A stretch of 64,000 nt of DNA from Verrucomicrobiota bacterium (GTDB taxonomy: Bacteria > Verrucomicrobiota > Verrucomicrobiia > Limisphaerales > Palsa-1400). The stretch is taken from NCBI GenBank assembly GCA_049510745.1, contig JBEKYR010000008.1:160001-224000 (forward strand), given 5' to 3'. This document shows, one piece after another, positions 1 through 10,588 of this stretch. The notes below the pieces were generated by a model. That model saw only the letters and a list, made by a program, of their open reading frames with translations, made no database searches and had not been told where the DNA came from. Every line of letters starts with the position of its first letter. The stretch's first letter is position 1. A program made the position numbers and the translations under genes.

Positions 1-3000
1 TGAGCGCGGCGGTCCATTCCATTTCCTTCGTGCCGGAAACCGTGCCGGTGATTTCATCGTTGGTCCACTGCAACATCATTTGCACCGTCACCGGTCCGCC
101 CCGCGCGGCGGAACGAGGGATGCGATTGCTGGCGGAACCGGAGAGGGCGAAACCGCCGTTGAGGGCGTAGGCGGAGCCGTCGAGAAGCAATCGGCCGCTG
201 TAAACGCCGCGCGAATTGACGCTCAGATGGCTGAGCATGCCGGCCGTTTGCTCCGTGACGCCATTGGTCGCGTCGAAGAACAGGCCGCTGTAAATCCCCG
301 CCGTGGCAATGAACGGGTTGGTGACGAAATGGGCCTGCAACGACAGGTTGGAGGCCATGACGAAGTGGAGCGGATTGGACGCGTTCGTGAACGCCCCCGA
401 AGTCCAATTGACAAATAGATTTCCAGCGTCCGGCTTGGCGGACACCGTGTAGCCCTCGCCCAGATTGAGCAGGGCATTGCTGCCCGGACGCGCATTGCCC
501 GCCACCGACGCGCTGCCCGAAACCGTCCCGTTTCCGTCAATGGAAAGGCCGAAGACTGACGGGACCGCGCGGAAAATCCGGCGGGTGACGACCGGAGAGA
601 CGTGGCCGGAGTAATCCACGCTTTGGACCGCGACGATGTTCGTGCCCGGCAAAAGCGCGTTGGCAACGGACCACGCCTTTACTGTGGTCCCGTTGGTCGA
701 GAGGAGCGCGTTGACGCCGGAGGGCTTGTTCGAGCCGGCAAAGACATTGGTAACCCAGCAGACGACATTGGTCACCTGCGCGTTGTCCGACGCCGTCCCG
801 GAAACGGTGGAATTGGTGGTGCGCGCGCCGGGCGCGGGCGACGTAATGGCCACCGCGGGGCGGGTTTTGTCCGCAACGACCGTCAACCGGGCCACGACGC
901 TGGTAACGCTGCGGAAAAAATTGGAAACGACGACGGAATAGCCGGCTTCGTCGCGGAAGGCGACGGGGTTGAGGGTGAGGTTGCTGGTGGCGGCGCCGTG
1001 GATTTCGTTTCCGTCGGTGAGCGCGACGCCGTTCGACCGCCATTGATAAAAGAGAGGCGGCCCGCCTGTGGCGGCGACACGGAAGGTGACCACCCCGCCC
1101 TCCGGCCGGTTGAGTTTGGCGGACGGCTGGACCTTGATGGCGGGCGCAATGGGGAGGGCCAGGACCGCCACCGAACTGGTGGCCGCGCCGTCCAGAAGGG
1201 AGGGGCTGACAACCACCTGGTAATCGCCCTCGTCCGCCGGGTTGACCGTTTTGACGGTGAGCGCGCCGCGGTTCGCGCCGGAGAAACTCGCATTGTCATA
1301 TATATTTGTGCCGCCAAGCTGCCATTGGTAGCCCAGGGCGTTCGGGTCGCCGGCGTGGTTCGTGGCAGTGACGGAGAACGTAACCGCCAGCCCGAGCGGG
1401 CTGATCTGGCCGGCGGGCTGGCTCGTGATGGAAGGAGGGCCGATATTGGCCTTGACTGTGAGCAGGCGGGCGCTGGACTCGAACGCCCCGGCGGAGGCGG
1501 GGGTCCCTCGCGGCATTTGCCGGGCGTCAAAGGCGGGGAAAGAGAGGCCGGGAACGCCAGCCACCGCCCCTGCGGCCGGGCCGCCATCCAGGACGGCCAG
1601 CGTCAACATGGCGAAGCCCGCGACGTTGGTGGGGCCAAGGGCGGGGCCGCCGTTGGTGGAGGAGAGCGTCGGAGCCAGGCCCGGGTCGGTGTAAGCGACA
1701 GTGGTCGAGGTGGCCGCGGCCAGGCTGCCGTCCGAGTTGATGTTGTAGCCGGCATCGGTGACCCCGGCTGCGTTGGGGGAGGGATTGGGTGTCAGAGTGG
1801 CGCCGCCGGAGAGAATGGAGTTGGCCAACCGCAGCGCGCCGGCGCTTCCGCAAATGTCCCAACCTGACGTCTGCCCCGCCGCGCCATTGGCTCCCTGAAC
1901 GCCCGAAGCGGTTCCGCCGGCGCCGCCCGCCAGAGTGTTCGTGGCCAGCGTGCAATTGCGCGCCACGGCCAAAACCGCCGCGCTCGCCAATCCGCCGCCG
2001 GCCGCCGGGCCGCCATCGCCCGCCCGCGCCTTTTGGCCGGCCGCAGCGCCGCCGGCGCCTCCGGCGCAGGAGTTGTTGAGAAAGGTGGTGTTTTCAATTT
2101 CGGCGTTTGTCACGCCGCCGTCGAGATAAAGTCCGCCGCCGGCCGCCGGGCCGCCGGCCAGTCCATCCGAGCCGGTTCCGTCGCTGAAGACCTGGCCGGG
2201 ACCGCTGGCGCCCGCGGTGACAGAATTGGTGTAAAAAAGGCAGCCGGACATGGACAACGACGTTGTCACATAAACCGCGCCTCCGCGAGCCAGGCCGCCG
2301 AACCCGCCGGACCCGGTGTTGCCCGACGAGTAGAGGCCCTGGCCGGCTGCGCCGCCCGCTCCACCCGAACCGGCGAAGCATTCGTTGCCGATGAATTCGG
2401 TGGCCACGAAGACGTTGCCGTTGCCGCTGCTGAAAACGGCCCCGCCCATCGCGCCGCCCCCGTTGCCGCCGTTGCCCCCGTTGCCGCTGAAGACAAATGT
2501 GCCCGTGCCGGCGCCGCCGCTGCCGCCAGCGCCGGCGATCACGGCGTTGGTTCCGAAGACGCAGTAGTAAAGGCTGACCGGACCGAGGCTGAAAATGGCG
2601 CCGCCCGCCGCGCCGCCGCCGCCGCCGCCATCGCTGCCGTTGCCGCTGCCGGGGTCAGCCGCTCCATCGGCGCCACTGGCGTTGGTGGCGGCGTTGCCGG
2701 ACAGGACGCTATTGCTGACAATGAGAGCGCCTTCATTGAAGACGGCGCCGCCGTTGATGCCGATGCCGTTGAGCAGTTGAAGATTGTTCAGGATCAGCCG
2801 GCAGTTGGGATGGACGTGGATGATCCGCGCCGCGCGCTGGCCGTTGATGACGACGCCATTGGTCCCACCGTCGATTTCCACGTTGTTCGAAATCTGCAAC
2901 GTCTGCCCCGCGGCCAGGGTGATGACCGAGCCGCTGAGGAAATTGGTGAGGCAACTGGAGGAGGCCAGGGCGTTGGTGAGAGAAGTGTAATTGGAGATGA

Positions 3001-3088
3001 GAATTTGCCCGCAGGCGACGCGGCCGGCCAACGGCAGCAGGGCGGCGGGCAGCAGCAGTCGAACAATTCTTTTCCAGGGCATCTCCAT
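1..3088 (-). CDS. Large secreted Gly-rich / immunoglobulin-domain surface protein, runs off the left edge (3' partial); paralog of the next gene
   Basis: Absent from the ORF track because it has no stop in the window. Read by hand from ATG 3088: MEMPWKRIVRLLLPAALLPLAGRVACGQILISNYTSL (signal peptide), then GGA(I/V)F-type Gly-rich repeats, DAGYNINSD and Ig-like YQWQL/YQWRSN segments. The reading at the left edge is in the same frame (EMEWTAAL). Collinear with 3096-6857. Confidence 0.85.
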   Translation of the reverse strand, partial: MEMPWKRIVRLLLPAALLPLAGRVACGQILISNYTSLTNALASSSCLTNFLSGSVITLAAGQTLQISNNVEIDGGTNGVVINGQRAARIIHVHPNCRLILNNLQLLNGIGINGGAVFNEGALIVSNSVLSGNAATNASGADGAADPGSGNGSDGGGGGGAAGGAIFSLGPVSLYYCVFGTNAVIAGAGGSGGAGTGTFVFSGNGGNGGNGGGAMGGAVFSSGNGNVFVATEFIGNECFAGSGGAGGAAGQGLYSSGNTGSGGFGGLARGGAVYVTTSLSMSGCLFYTNSVTAGASGPGQVFSDGTGSDGLAGGPAAGGGLYLDGGVTNAEIENTTFLNNSCAGGAGGAAAGQKARAGDGGPAAGGGLASAAVLAVARNCTLATNTLAGGAGGTASGVQGANGAAGQTSGWDICGSAGALRLANSILSGGATLTPNPSPNAAGVTDAGYNINSDGSLAAATSTTVAYTDPGLAPTLSSTNGGPALGPTNVAGFAMLTLAVLDGGPAAGAVAGVPGLSFPAFDARQMPRGTPASAGAFESSARLLTVKANIGPPSITSQPAGQISPLGLAVTFSVTATNHAGDPNALGYQWQLGGTNIYDNASFSGANRGALTVKTVNPADEGDYQVVVSPSLLDGAATSSVAVLALPIAPAIKVQPSAKLNRPEGGVVTFRVAATGGPPLFYQWRSNGVALTDGNEIHGAATSNLTLNPVAFRDEAGYSVVVSNFFRSVTSVVARLTVVADKTRPAVAITSPAPGARTTNSTVSGTASDNAQVTNVVCWVTNVFAGSNKPSGVNALLSTNGTTVKAWSVANALLPGTNIVAVQSVDYSGHVSPVVTRRIFRAVPSVFGLSIDGNGTVSGSASVAGNARPGSNALLNLGEGYTVSAKPDAGNLFVNWTSGAFTNASNPLHFVMASNLSLQAHFVTNPFIATAGIYSGLFFDATNGVTEQTAGMLSHLSVNSRGVYSGRLLLDGSAYALNGGFALSGSASNRIPRSAARGGPVTVQMMLQWTNDEITGTVSGTKEMEWTAAL

Positions 3089-3095
3089 CGCCGGA

Positions 3096-6000
3096 TCACG
3101 GTTTCAATGAGATGAAGCCGGCGTTGGTTTTGGTGACGAAGTAGCCGCCGGCATTGGTCGCATCCTGCAAAAGGGCGGCGTAACCGGTCGTGGTCGCTTT
3201 GCCCTCGCCGTTGCCAAAGATGAGTTTTATCGCGCCCGTTTTCAGATTGATTGTTCCGCGCAAGGAATTGGCCGGGCCTGATTCCGCGACCACCAGGTTG
3301 TTGTCGAAAGAAACCCGGTTTGTCAAGTAAAGGCTGGCATTGGAAATGGTCAAGGTCCCGGCGGTCAGAGGCAGCGCGGCGTCAGCCAGCCAGGCGGAGC
3401 CCTGCACGGAAAGCGAGTTGGTGAAACCGTTGGTGTAAATCCCCGCCGCGGCGGCGGGCTTGATCCACGTGAAGTTGGTTTCACCCTGGGGCGTCCCGTT
3501 GGTCAGGCTGATCCAGCCCAGGAGCAGGCCGGCATTGTGGTAGAGGCTGGCGAACACGGGCACGTTCCCCAACTTTCCAATCGGCACGCTTTGGCTGAAA
3601 GCGGCGCCGTCGGGCAGCGCGCCCGCGAGGGTGAGATAACCAAGGTGGTTGGTCAGAAGCACGTAACCGTAGCCGGGCGGAACCTCGCCGACAACGTTGG
3701 TGGACGGCGGCAGCAGCACGGTGTATTGGCCGGAAACGGCCAACGGGGCCGCCCCCTCCTCGGCACACAGCGCGGATTCCCACCCGCCTTCATTGGTCCC
3801 GGAGACGCTGCCGAGAATCTGATGGTTGGTCCATCCCACCGCCATCACCACGCTCACCGGCCCGCCCCGCGCGGCCGCGCGGGCAATGTGATTGCTGGCA
3901 TGGCCGAAAATGTCAAAGACACCGCCGAGGGAATAAGTGGCGCCGTCGAGCAGGAGTTTGCCGCTGAACCGGCCGAGCGAACCGAGCGTCAGATGGCTGA
4001 TCAGGCCGGCGGTATGCTCGGTGAGGGCCTTGTTGGTCGGGAAAAAGAGTCCGTTGTAAACACCCGCCACCGCCATGAACGGGCTGGGCACAAAATTGGC
4101 CTGGATCGACAAATTGGGGGTCATGACGAAGTGAAGGATGTTGCCGTTGCTGGTGAAGCCGGGCGAAGTCCAGTTTGTCAACAAATAACCCTGGCCCGGC
4201 GTGGCCGACAAAGTGTAGCCCTCGGTCAGATTGAGTTGGGCGCCGTTGGTGGGCCGCGCGCCCCCCGGAGCCGAGGCGCTGCCCGCCACACTCCCTTTTC
4301 CAGTGATGGAAAACGCAAAGGGAGACGGTACGGCGTAAAAGAACTTGCGGACGACAATCGGGGAAACGTTGCTCGAATAATCGACGCTTTGCACCGCGAC
4401 CATGTTCGTGCCCGGGAAAAACGCATTGGTGAGGCTGGTCCACGTCTTTTTGGTCGTTCCATTGGTGGAAAGAACCGCGGAGGTGACGAGGTTCGTGCCC
4501 AGGAAGAAATTGGTTGCCGAGACAGAGACGTTGGTGACCTGGGCGTTGTCCGAAGCCGTGCCGGAAATGACCGCATTGGTGGAGCGCGCCCCGGGGGCGG
4601 GCGAGGTGATCGTCACGGTGGGGGGGGTGGTGTCCGCCTTGACAGTCAACCGGGCCACAACACTGGTGACGCTGCGATAGTAATTGCCCACCACCACGGT
4701 GTAACTGGCCGCATCCTGGAAGGTAACGGGGTTGATGGTGAGGTTGCTGGTGGCGGAGCCGGAGAATTCATTGCCGTCGGTGAGCGCGACCTCGTTGCTC
4801 CGCCATTGAAAAGAAAAAGGCGGCGCGCCGCCGACCTTGACTTTGAAGGTCACCACCGCGCCGTACGGCTCATTGAGTTTGCTGGACGGCTGGGTTCGAA
4901 TGGAGGGGGGAATCTTCACCAGGAGGTAGGCATTGGAGCTGACGGCCTCGCTGTCCAGGAGGGACGGGCTGACGACCACGCGGTAGGCGCCCAGGTCCGC
5001 CGCGCTGATGTCTTTGACGGTCAGAGTGTTGCTGGTGGCGCCGGCAAAACTCGCGTTGTCAATTAGATTTGCGCCGTTAAGCTGCCACTGATACCCCAGG
5101 GGGTTCGGATCACCGGAGTTCGCCACGGCGGTGACGCTGAAGTGAGCGGCGGCCCCGACCCTGGCCGTTTGGTTTGTCGGTTCACTGATGGTGGCCGGAG
5201 CGGTTTCGTAAACAGTGATGCCATTCACTTCAAAGGCGCCCACACTGCCCGGCGTTCCTCTGGGTGCGCCCCGCTCATCGGTGGCCGGGAAGGTCAGGCC
5301 CGGCACGCCTGGAATTGCGTTAGTCGCCGGGCTTCCAGCGATCACCTGCAGTGTCAGCATCGGAGGCCCGGCGCCGTTGGCGGGGCCAAGCGCGAACCCG
5401 CCATCGGCGGTCAAGCCCGCATCCAATCCGGGATTGGCGCTGTTGCGGGTGGTGGAGGTGGACTTGGTCGGGCTGGCATCCGAACTGATGTTGTAACCGG
5501 CGTCGGTGACGCCAACCGCGTTGGAACTCGCCCCGCCCGAAAGAATCGAGTTGGCCAACCGCACCACACCGGCGCTGCAATAAATTTGCCAACCGTTTGT
5601 GCTTCCTTCCAGGCCGTTGACGCCGTTGGTGCCGGAGTCGGAGCCGAAGGTTCCGGGGTCCAGCGTGTTTGTGGCCAGGGTGCAATTGCGGATCATCGCC
5701 GCCGCCGCGCCCGAGAAGATTCCGCCGCCATAAACCGCGCCGCCATTGCCGGCAATGGTCGAAGCTCCCGCTGCGGGGCCGCCGGGGCCGCCCACGCACA
5801 GGTTCCCGAAGAATATGGTGTTTTCAATGTCAGCCGTCGGCGCCGAGTTCGAGAGATAAATCCCGCCCCCGCCGGCCGGAGCGCCGGCAATCCCGTTGGC
5901 GCCGGTGCCATCCGCCAGGAGTTGGGCCGCGCCGCTGCCGCCGCCGACGGCAACGTTATTGAAAAACAGGCAATCGGCCACGAACAACGACCCCGTGGCA

Positions 6001-6857
6001 TAAAGGCCGCCCCCCGCCGCCGCGCCGCCGCCCGCGCCCTGGCCGGAGGCGCCATTGCCGGTGGACAACGCTCCCACGCCGCCCGAGCCGCCCGAGCCGC
6101 CCGAGCCGGCGACGCAGTTGTTGCTGATGAATTCGGTGGCAAAGAAAACATTGCTGTTGCCGGTGCTCATCACGGCCCCCCCGAAAGCCCCGCCCCCCGC
6201 GCCGCCATTGCCGCCGTTGCCGGCGAAACTGCTGTTGGCGCCGTTGCCGCCGATGCCCCCGGAGCCGGCCAAGGCTTGGTTGGTCAGAAACACCGAGAAG
6301 TAAACGCTGACAGGTCCGTGGCTGTAGATGGCGCCGCCCAAGGCGCCGCCCCCGCCCGCCGCGTCCGTTCCGGCGAGGCCGCTGTTGGTGGCGGCGTTGA
6401 TGCCGTTGGTGCCGTTGAAATTGGTGGCGGAGTTGCCCGCGATGATGGCGTTGCTGATGATCAGGGTGCCTTCGTTGAAAATGGCGCCGCCGCCGCCATT
6501 GGTGCTGAGGCCGCGCAACAGTTGAACGTTGTTGAGCACCAACCGGGCGTTGGGATTGACGTGAAACAACCGAAAGAGATTGTTTCCATCAATCACAACA
6601 GTATTGGTCGTGCCGTCGATCATGACGTCGTTCGTGATCTGCAACGTCGGGTAGTTGGGCGTCAAATTGATCACGGCTGTGCCGGCAAAATTGGTGATGA
6701 CGGGGGAGGAGGAGGATTGAATCGCGGCGTTGAGAGAGGTGTAGTTGGACACCACGATGGCCTGCCCGCAAGCGATCCATCCCAGAAAAGGGAGCAGCGT
6801 GGCGAGCGGCAGCAGAACCCGCCTGGGCGGAATAAACCTTTTCAAGAGCGTCTCCAT
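3096..6857 (-). CDS. Large secreted Gly-rich beta-helix-like / immunoglobulin-domain surface protein (~1253 aa)
   Basis: C-terminal part of ORF 3096..8678, true start taken as METLLKRF... (signal peptide, ACG-Q). Contains GGAIFNEG repeats, ATDERGAPR..GAFE (choice-of-anchor Q-like), two Ig I-set-like units (YQWQLNG..LTV..D.G.Y) and a DTTPPTVTITSP Big-like domain. Confidence 0.85.
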   Translation of the reverse strand: METLLKRFIPPRRVLLPLATLLPFLGWIACGQAIVVSNYTSLNAAIQSSSSPVITNFAGTAVINLTPNYPTLQITNDVMIDGTTNTVVIDGNNLFRLFHVNPNARLVLNNVQLLRGLSTNGGGGAIFNEGTLIISNAIIAGNSATNFNGTNGINAATNSGLAGTDAAGGGGALGGAIYSHGPVSVYFSVFLTNQALAGSGGIGGNGANSSFAGNGGNGGAGGGAFGGAVMSTGNSNVFFATEFISNNCVAGSGGSGGSGGVGALSTGNGASGQGAGGGAAAGGGLYATGSLFVADCLFFNNVAVGGGSGAAQLLADGTGANGIAGAPAGGGGIYLSNSAPTADIENTIFFGNLCVGGPGGPAAGASTIAGNGGAVYGGGIFSGAAAAMIRNCTLATNTLDPGTFGSDSGTNGVNGLEGSTNGWQIYCSAGVVRLANSILSGGASSNAVGVTDAGYNISSDASPTKSTSTTRNSANPGLDAGLTADGGFALGPANGAGPPMLTLQVIAGSPATNAIPGVPGLTFPATDERGAPRGTPGSVGAFEVNGITVYETAPATISEPTNQTARVGAAAHFSVTAVANSGDPNPLGYQWQLNGANLIDNASFAGATSNTLTVKDISAADLGAYRVVVSPSLLDSEAVSSNAYLLVKIPPSIRTQPSSKLNEPYGAVVTFKVKVGGAPPFSFQWRSNEVALTDGNEFSGSATSNLTINPVTFQDAASYTVVVGNYYRSVTSVVARLTVKADTTPPTVTITSPAPGARSTNAVISGTASDNAQVTNVSVSATNFFLGTNLVTSAVLSTNGTTKKTWTSLTNAFFPGTNMVAVQSVDYSSNVSPIVVRKFFYAVPSPFAFSITGKGSVAGSASAPGGARPTNGAQLNLTEGYTLSATPGQGYLLTNWTSPGFTSNGNILHFVMTPNLSIQANFVPSPFMAVAGVYNGLFFPTNKALTEHTAGLISHLTLGSLGRFSGKLLLDGATYSLGGVFDIFGHASNHIARAAARGGPVSVVMAVGWTNHQILGSVSGTNEGGWESALCAEEGAAPLAVSGQYTVLLPPSTNVVGEVPPGYGYVLLTNHLGYLTLAGALPDGAAFSQSVPIGKLGNVPVFASLYHNAGLLLGWISLTNGTPQGETNFTWIKPAAAAGIYTNGFTNSLSVQGSAWLADAALPLTAGTLTISNASLYLTNRVSFDNNLVVAESGPANSLRGTINLKTGAIKLIFGNGEGKATTTGYAALLQDATNAGGYFVTKTNAGFISLKP

Positions 6858-6944
6858 AGCGTTAGTTTGATAACAGACTGTTGGTTGCGGATAAACAACA
6901 TTCCTTGGAAAAGGTTTCGCTCCGGTCGCGCCCATACTGGCCGC

Positions 6945-8609
6945 ATGAAGCTGTTTTACACATCCCCGATGAAGTGGAAAGAGCCGGGCACGGCCGGGGC
7001 GCTCTTGCTGCTCACGCTGGCGACGCTGGGCTGTCTGATGCCGTTCCTGGACAAGGCGGTTCACATGGACGATCCGCTCTTTATCTGGACGGCGCGCCAA
7101 ATCCGGTCGCACCCGCTGGATTTTTACGGCTTCCCGGTCGAGTGGGACAGGGCGGAGTTGCCCATGGCCGTCGTGATGCAGAATCCGCCGTTGACGGGCT
7201 ACTATCTGGCAGCGGTCGGCTCGGTGCTCGGCTGGAGCGAGAGCGCGCTGCATTTCGGGTTTCTCCTGCCGGCTTTGGCCCTGGTGCTGGGCGTGTACTT
7301 CCTGGCCCGGAACTTCTGCCGTCATCCGGCGGCGGCGGCTTTGGCGACCCTCGCAACGCCGGTCTTTCTGGTCTCCAGCACGAGCCTGATGTGCGATACG
7401 ATGATGACGGCGCTGTGGGTTTGGGCGATATTCTTCTGGATGGAGGGGCTTCGCCGGCAATGCGCGCTTCGTTTGTTCTTGGCGGCGCTGCTGATCGCGG
7501 CCAGCAGCCTGACAAAATACTTTGGCGTGTGCCTGGTTCCGCTCTTGTTCGTTTATGCGGCGATGCAACAACGCCGTCTGGGCGCGTGGCTGGCCTGTCT
7601 GGGTTTGCCCGTTCTTGTTCTGGCCGGCTATCAGGCTGTAACTTATCGCCTGTACGGAACGGCACTGCTGACCAATGCGGCTGCCTATGCCACCACGCTG
7701 CGGGTGGGAGGCGGGCTGACGGCGAAGCTCCTGCCGGCTCTGGCGTTTACCGGCGGATGCGTCTTCATTTCTCTGGCGGCCGCGCCGCTGCTCTGGGGCA
7801 GGAAAGGCCTGGCCCTCTGCGGCGCCGGCGTGGTCGCGCTGGGGTTGCTCCTCGCCGGGCTTAAGCAGGTGGGGGCATTTTCCCTCATCGACGCCGGGCA
7901 TGTGAAATGGCTGGTGCTGGTGCAAATCGCGGTCTTTGTCTGCGGCGGCGCGTTGATCTTCATCCTGGCGGCGGCGGACGTGTTCGCTCGCAGGGACGCG
8001 GCCTCGGTGCTTTTGTTGCTTTGGACGGCCGGCACGTTTGTCTTTGTTTGGGCGGTGAACTGGACGATTTCGGGCCGCAATATCCTGCCTTTGGCGCCGG
8101 CGGTTTCTTTCTTGCTCATCCGCCGCCTGGAGTCGCAGGCCCCGGCGGAGCGCCCGGAGGAAATCGGCCTGTTGTGGGGGCCGTTGGGCCTCTCGTTGGC
8201 CGTCGGCTTGGCGGTGGCATGGGGCGACTGGAAACTGGCCGATTCGGCGCGGACCGCCGCCTTTGCGCTTCAACAACCATCCGGCCCGCGCTCCGGCAGG
8301 ATGCGATTCGAGGGCCACTGGGGATTTCAGTACTACATGCAACTGCTCGGGGCCAGGGCCGTCAGTGTGACGCACCCGGACTTGGTCTCCAACGAATTGA
8401 TCGTCGTGCCGCTCAATAACACCCATTTGTTTCGACTGCCCGGCGACCGGATCGAGACGGTGTTCCAGTACCATGGCGCCGCCGCCGGCTGGGTGACCCT
8501 GATGAGTGCCGCCGCGGGCGCCGGCTACTATTCGGACGCTTGGGGGCCGGCGCCGTTTGTCTTCGGCCCGGCGCCGACCGAAGATTACGTTCTGTTCCAT
8601 GTCAAATAG
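6945..8609 (+). CDS. GT-C fold membrane glycosyltransferase (family 39 / ArnT-PMT-like)
   Basis: Polytopic membrane protein with [18 protein letters not shown] and SLTKY motifs. Start at 6945 or 6969. Confidence 0.75.
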   Translation: MKLFYTSPMKWKEPGTAGALLLLTLATLGCLMPFLDKAVHMDDPLFIWTARQIRSHPLDFYGFPVEWDRAELPMAVVMQNPPLTGYYLAAVGSVLGWSESALHFGFLLPALALVLGVYFLARNFCRHPAAAALATLATPVFLVSSTSLMCDTMMTALWVWAIFFWMEGLRRQCALRLFLAALLIAASSLTKYFGVCLVPLLFVYAAMQQRRLGAWLACLGLPVLVLAGYQAVTYRLYGTALLTNAAAYATTLRVGGGLTAKLLPALAFTGGCVFISLAAAPLLWGRKGLALCGAGVVALGLLLAGLKQVGAFSLIDAGHVKWLVLVQIAVFVCGGALIFILAAADVFARRDAASVLLLLWTAGTFVFVWAVNWTISGRNILPLAPAVSFLLIRRLESQAPAERPEEIGLLWGPLGLSLAVGLAVAWGDWKLADSARTAAFALQQPSGPRSGRMRFEGHWGFQYYMQLLGARAVSVTHPDLVSNELIVVPLNNTHLFRLPGDRIETVFQYHGAAAGWVTLMSAAAGAGYYSDAWGPAPFVFGPAPTEDYVLFHVK

Positions 8610-8661
8610 GGACTGAAATTGGCGGTTGGCGGAGGGCGGTTGATTCAGTATCTTCAAGGGC

Positions 8662-9808
8662 ATGTTCGAGAAGATCATTGACCAGTTGCCCGCCGCCGCC
8701 GAAAAAGTTGCCCACCTGCGGAGGTTTCTTTGACGTGCCCAGCGTGCAGAAGCGCCTGGCGGAACTGGACGCTTTGATGGCCCAGGAAAACTTCTGGAAC
8801 AACCGCGAAAAGGCGCAGGGCCTCATCGACGAGGCCAACGGCCTGCGCAAAAGGATCGAACCCATCCTCAAAGCCGAGCGGCAAATCGACGATTTTCGCG
8901 TCATGCTTGAACTGGCCCAAGCGGAGCCGCTGGCCGAGCAGGCCAAACACGACGCGGAAATGGGACAGGAGTTGACCCGCTTTTGCCGGGACCTGGAGAG
9001 CCTGGAATTGAAGGTTTTTCTCAACGGCCCGCATGACAAGAACAATTGCATCCTGGGCATCAACGCCGGCGCCGGGGGCACCGAGGCCTGCGATTGGGCG
9101 GAGATGCTCCTGCGCATGTACCAGCGCTGGGGCGAAGCGCGCGGCTGGGAAATGGAATTGACCGACGTGCTGCCCGGTGAAACCGCCGGCCTCAAAAGCG
9201 CCACGCTCCTGGTGCGCGGCGATTACGCCTACGGCTTTTGCAAGGCCGAGCGCGGCGTCCATCGCCTGGTGCGCATTTCCCCCTTCGACTCCAACAAGCG
9301 CCGCCACACCAGTTTTGCCAGCGTGGACGTGATCGCGGAGATCGAGGAAACCAGCGCGGACATCGTCCTGCCCCCGGCCGAGTTGCAGGTCGATACCTAC
9401 CGTTCCGGCGGCAAGGGCGGGCAGAACGTCAACAAAGTGGAGACGGCCGTGCGCATCACCCACCTGCCGACCGGGATTGTGGCCGCCTCGCAAAGCCAGC
9501 GCTCGCAACACCAGAACCGCGCCACCGCCATGCGCCTGTTGATCTCCAAAATCTACGCCAAACGGCTGGACGAACAAAAGGCCGAGCTGGAGCGGTTCTA
9601 CGGCGAGAAAGGCGCCATCGCCTGGGGCCATCAGATTCGCAGCTACGTCTTCCAGCCTTACCGCATGGTCAAGGACCTGCGCACCGGCGCCGAAACCAGC
9701 AACACCCAGGCGGTGATGGACGGCGACCTCGACCCGTTCGTCAACGCCTGGCTCCGGGCCGGCTGCCCGGCCAAACGCCTGGCGGGAGTGAAGGACGACG
9801 CGGATTAA
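8662..9808 (+). CDS. prfB: Peptide chain release factor 2, translated via programmed +1 frameshift
   Basis: 23-codon first ORF ([10 protein letters not shown]...LRRFL) ends at CTT TGA C (8728-8734). The +1 frame has SPF, GGQ and QIRSY motifs. Confidence 0.97.
8720..8734 (+). promoter_or_regulatory. RF2 autoregulatory frameshift site
   Basis: GGAGG internal SD, then TTT CTT TGA C. Confidence 0.95.
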
Positions 9809-10588
9809 ATGCATATTCTTGACAAAATCGTCGCCCACAAGCGGAGCGAAGCCGCCCCGTTGCCGGCCCGCAACGTCACCGCCCCGGCCATCCGGGCAGC
9901 GCGTTCGGCGCCGCGCGATTTTTTGGGGGCCTTGCAACACCCGCCGCGCGGCGGGATGGCCCTCATCGCCGAAATCAAAAAGGCCTCCCCTTCCGCCGGC
10001 GTTATTTGCGCGGACTTCGATCCCGTCCGCATCGCGCGCCAGTTCGAGGCGGCCGGCGCAAGCTGCCTGTCGGTGCTGACAGACGAACGTTTCTTCCAAG
10101 GCTCGCTCGACCATCTGCGGCAGGTTCGGGCCGCGATCCCTTTGCCGTTGCTGCGGAAGGATTTCATCATCGACGAGCGGCAGATTCTTGAGTCGGCGGA
10201 GAACGGCGCGGACGCGATCCTGTTGATCGTGCGGATTCTGACGGACGCGCAGTTGAAGCATTTTCACAGTCTGGCGGCGGCCGCCGGCCTGGCCGCGCTG
10301 GTGGAGGCGCATGACGAGCGGGAATTGGAGCGCGCCCTGGCCGTCGGCGCGGACCTCATCGGCATCAACAACCGCAATCTGGACACGTTCATCGTGGACC
10401 TGGGGGTGACCGAGCGTCTGGCGGCGGGCGCCAAAGGCAAATTCATCGTGGCCGAGAGCGGCCTTCACACGCGCGCGGACGTGGAGCGGGTGCGGCGCGC
10501 CGGCGCAAGGGCGATCCTCGTGGGCGAGTCGCTGATGAGGGACATTGGCGGGATCGCCGCCAAGATTGCCGAACTGGTTCTGATTTAA
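9809..10588 (+). CDS. trpC: Indole-3-glycerol phosphate synthase
   Basis: IAEIKKASPS, LSVLTD..FFQGS, LRKDF, GINNRNL, VAESG, LVGESLM. Confidence 0.97.
   Translation: MHILDKIVAHKRSEAAPLPARNVTAPAIRAARSAPRDFLGALQHPPRGGMALIAEIKKASPSAGVICADFDPVRIARQFEAAGASCLSVLTDERFFQGSLDHLRQVRAAIPLPLLRKDFIIDERQILESAENGADAILLIVRILTDAQLKHFHSLAAAAGLAALVEAHDERELERALAVGADLIGINNRNLDTFIVDLGVTERLAAGAKGKFIVAESGLHTRADVERVRRAGARAILVGESLMRDIGGIAAKIAELVLI

Noticed and set aside
6858..8678. N-terminal extension of the 1860-aa ORF (and the 5142 start of the 1155-aa ORF)
   Set aside because: These are antisense read-through of the opposite genes. Signal-peptide/TM starts at 6857 (-) and 6945/6969 (+) fit better.
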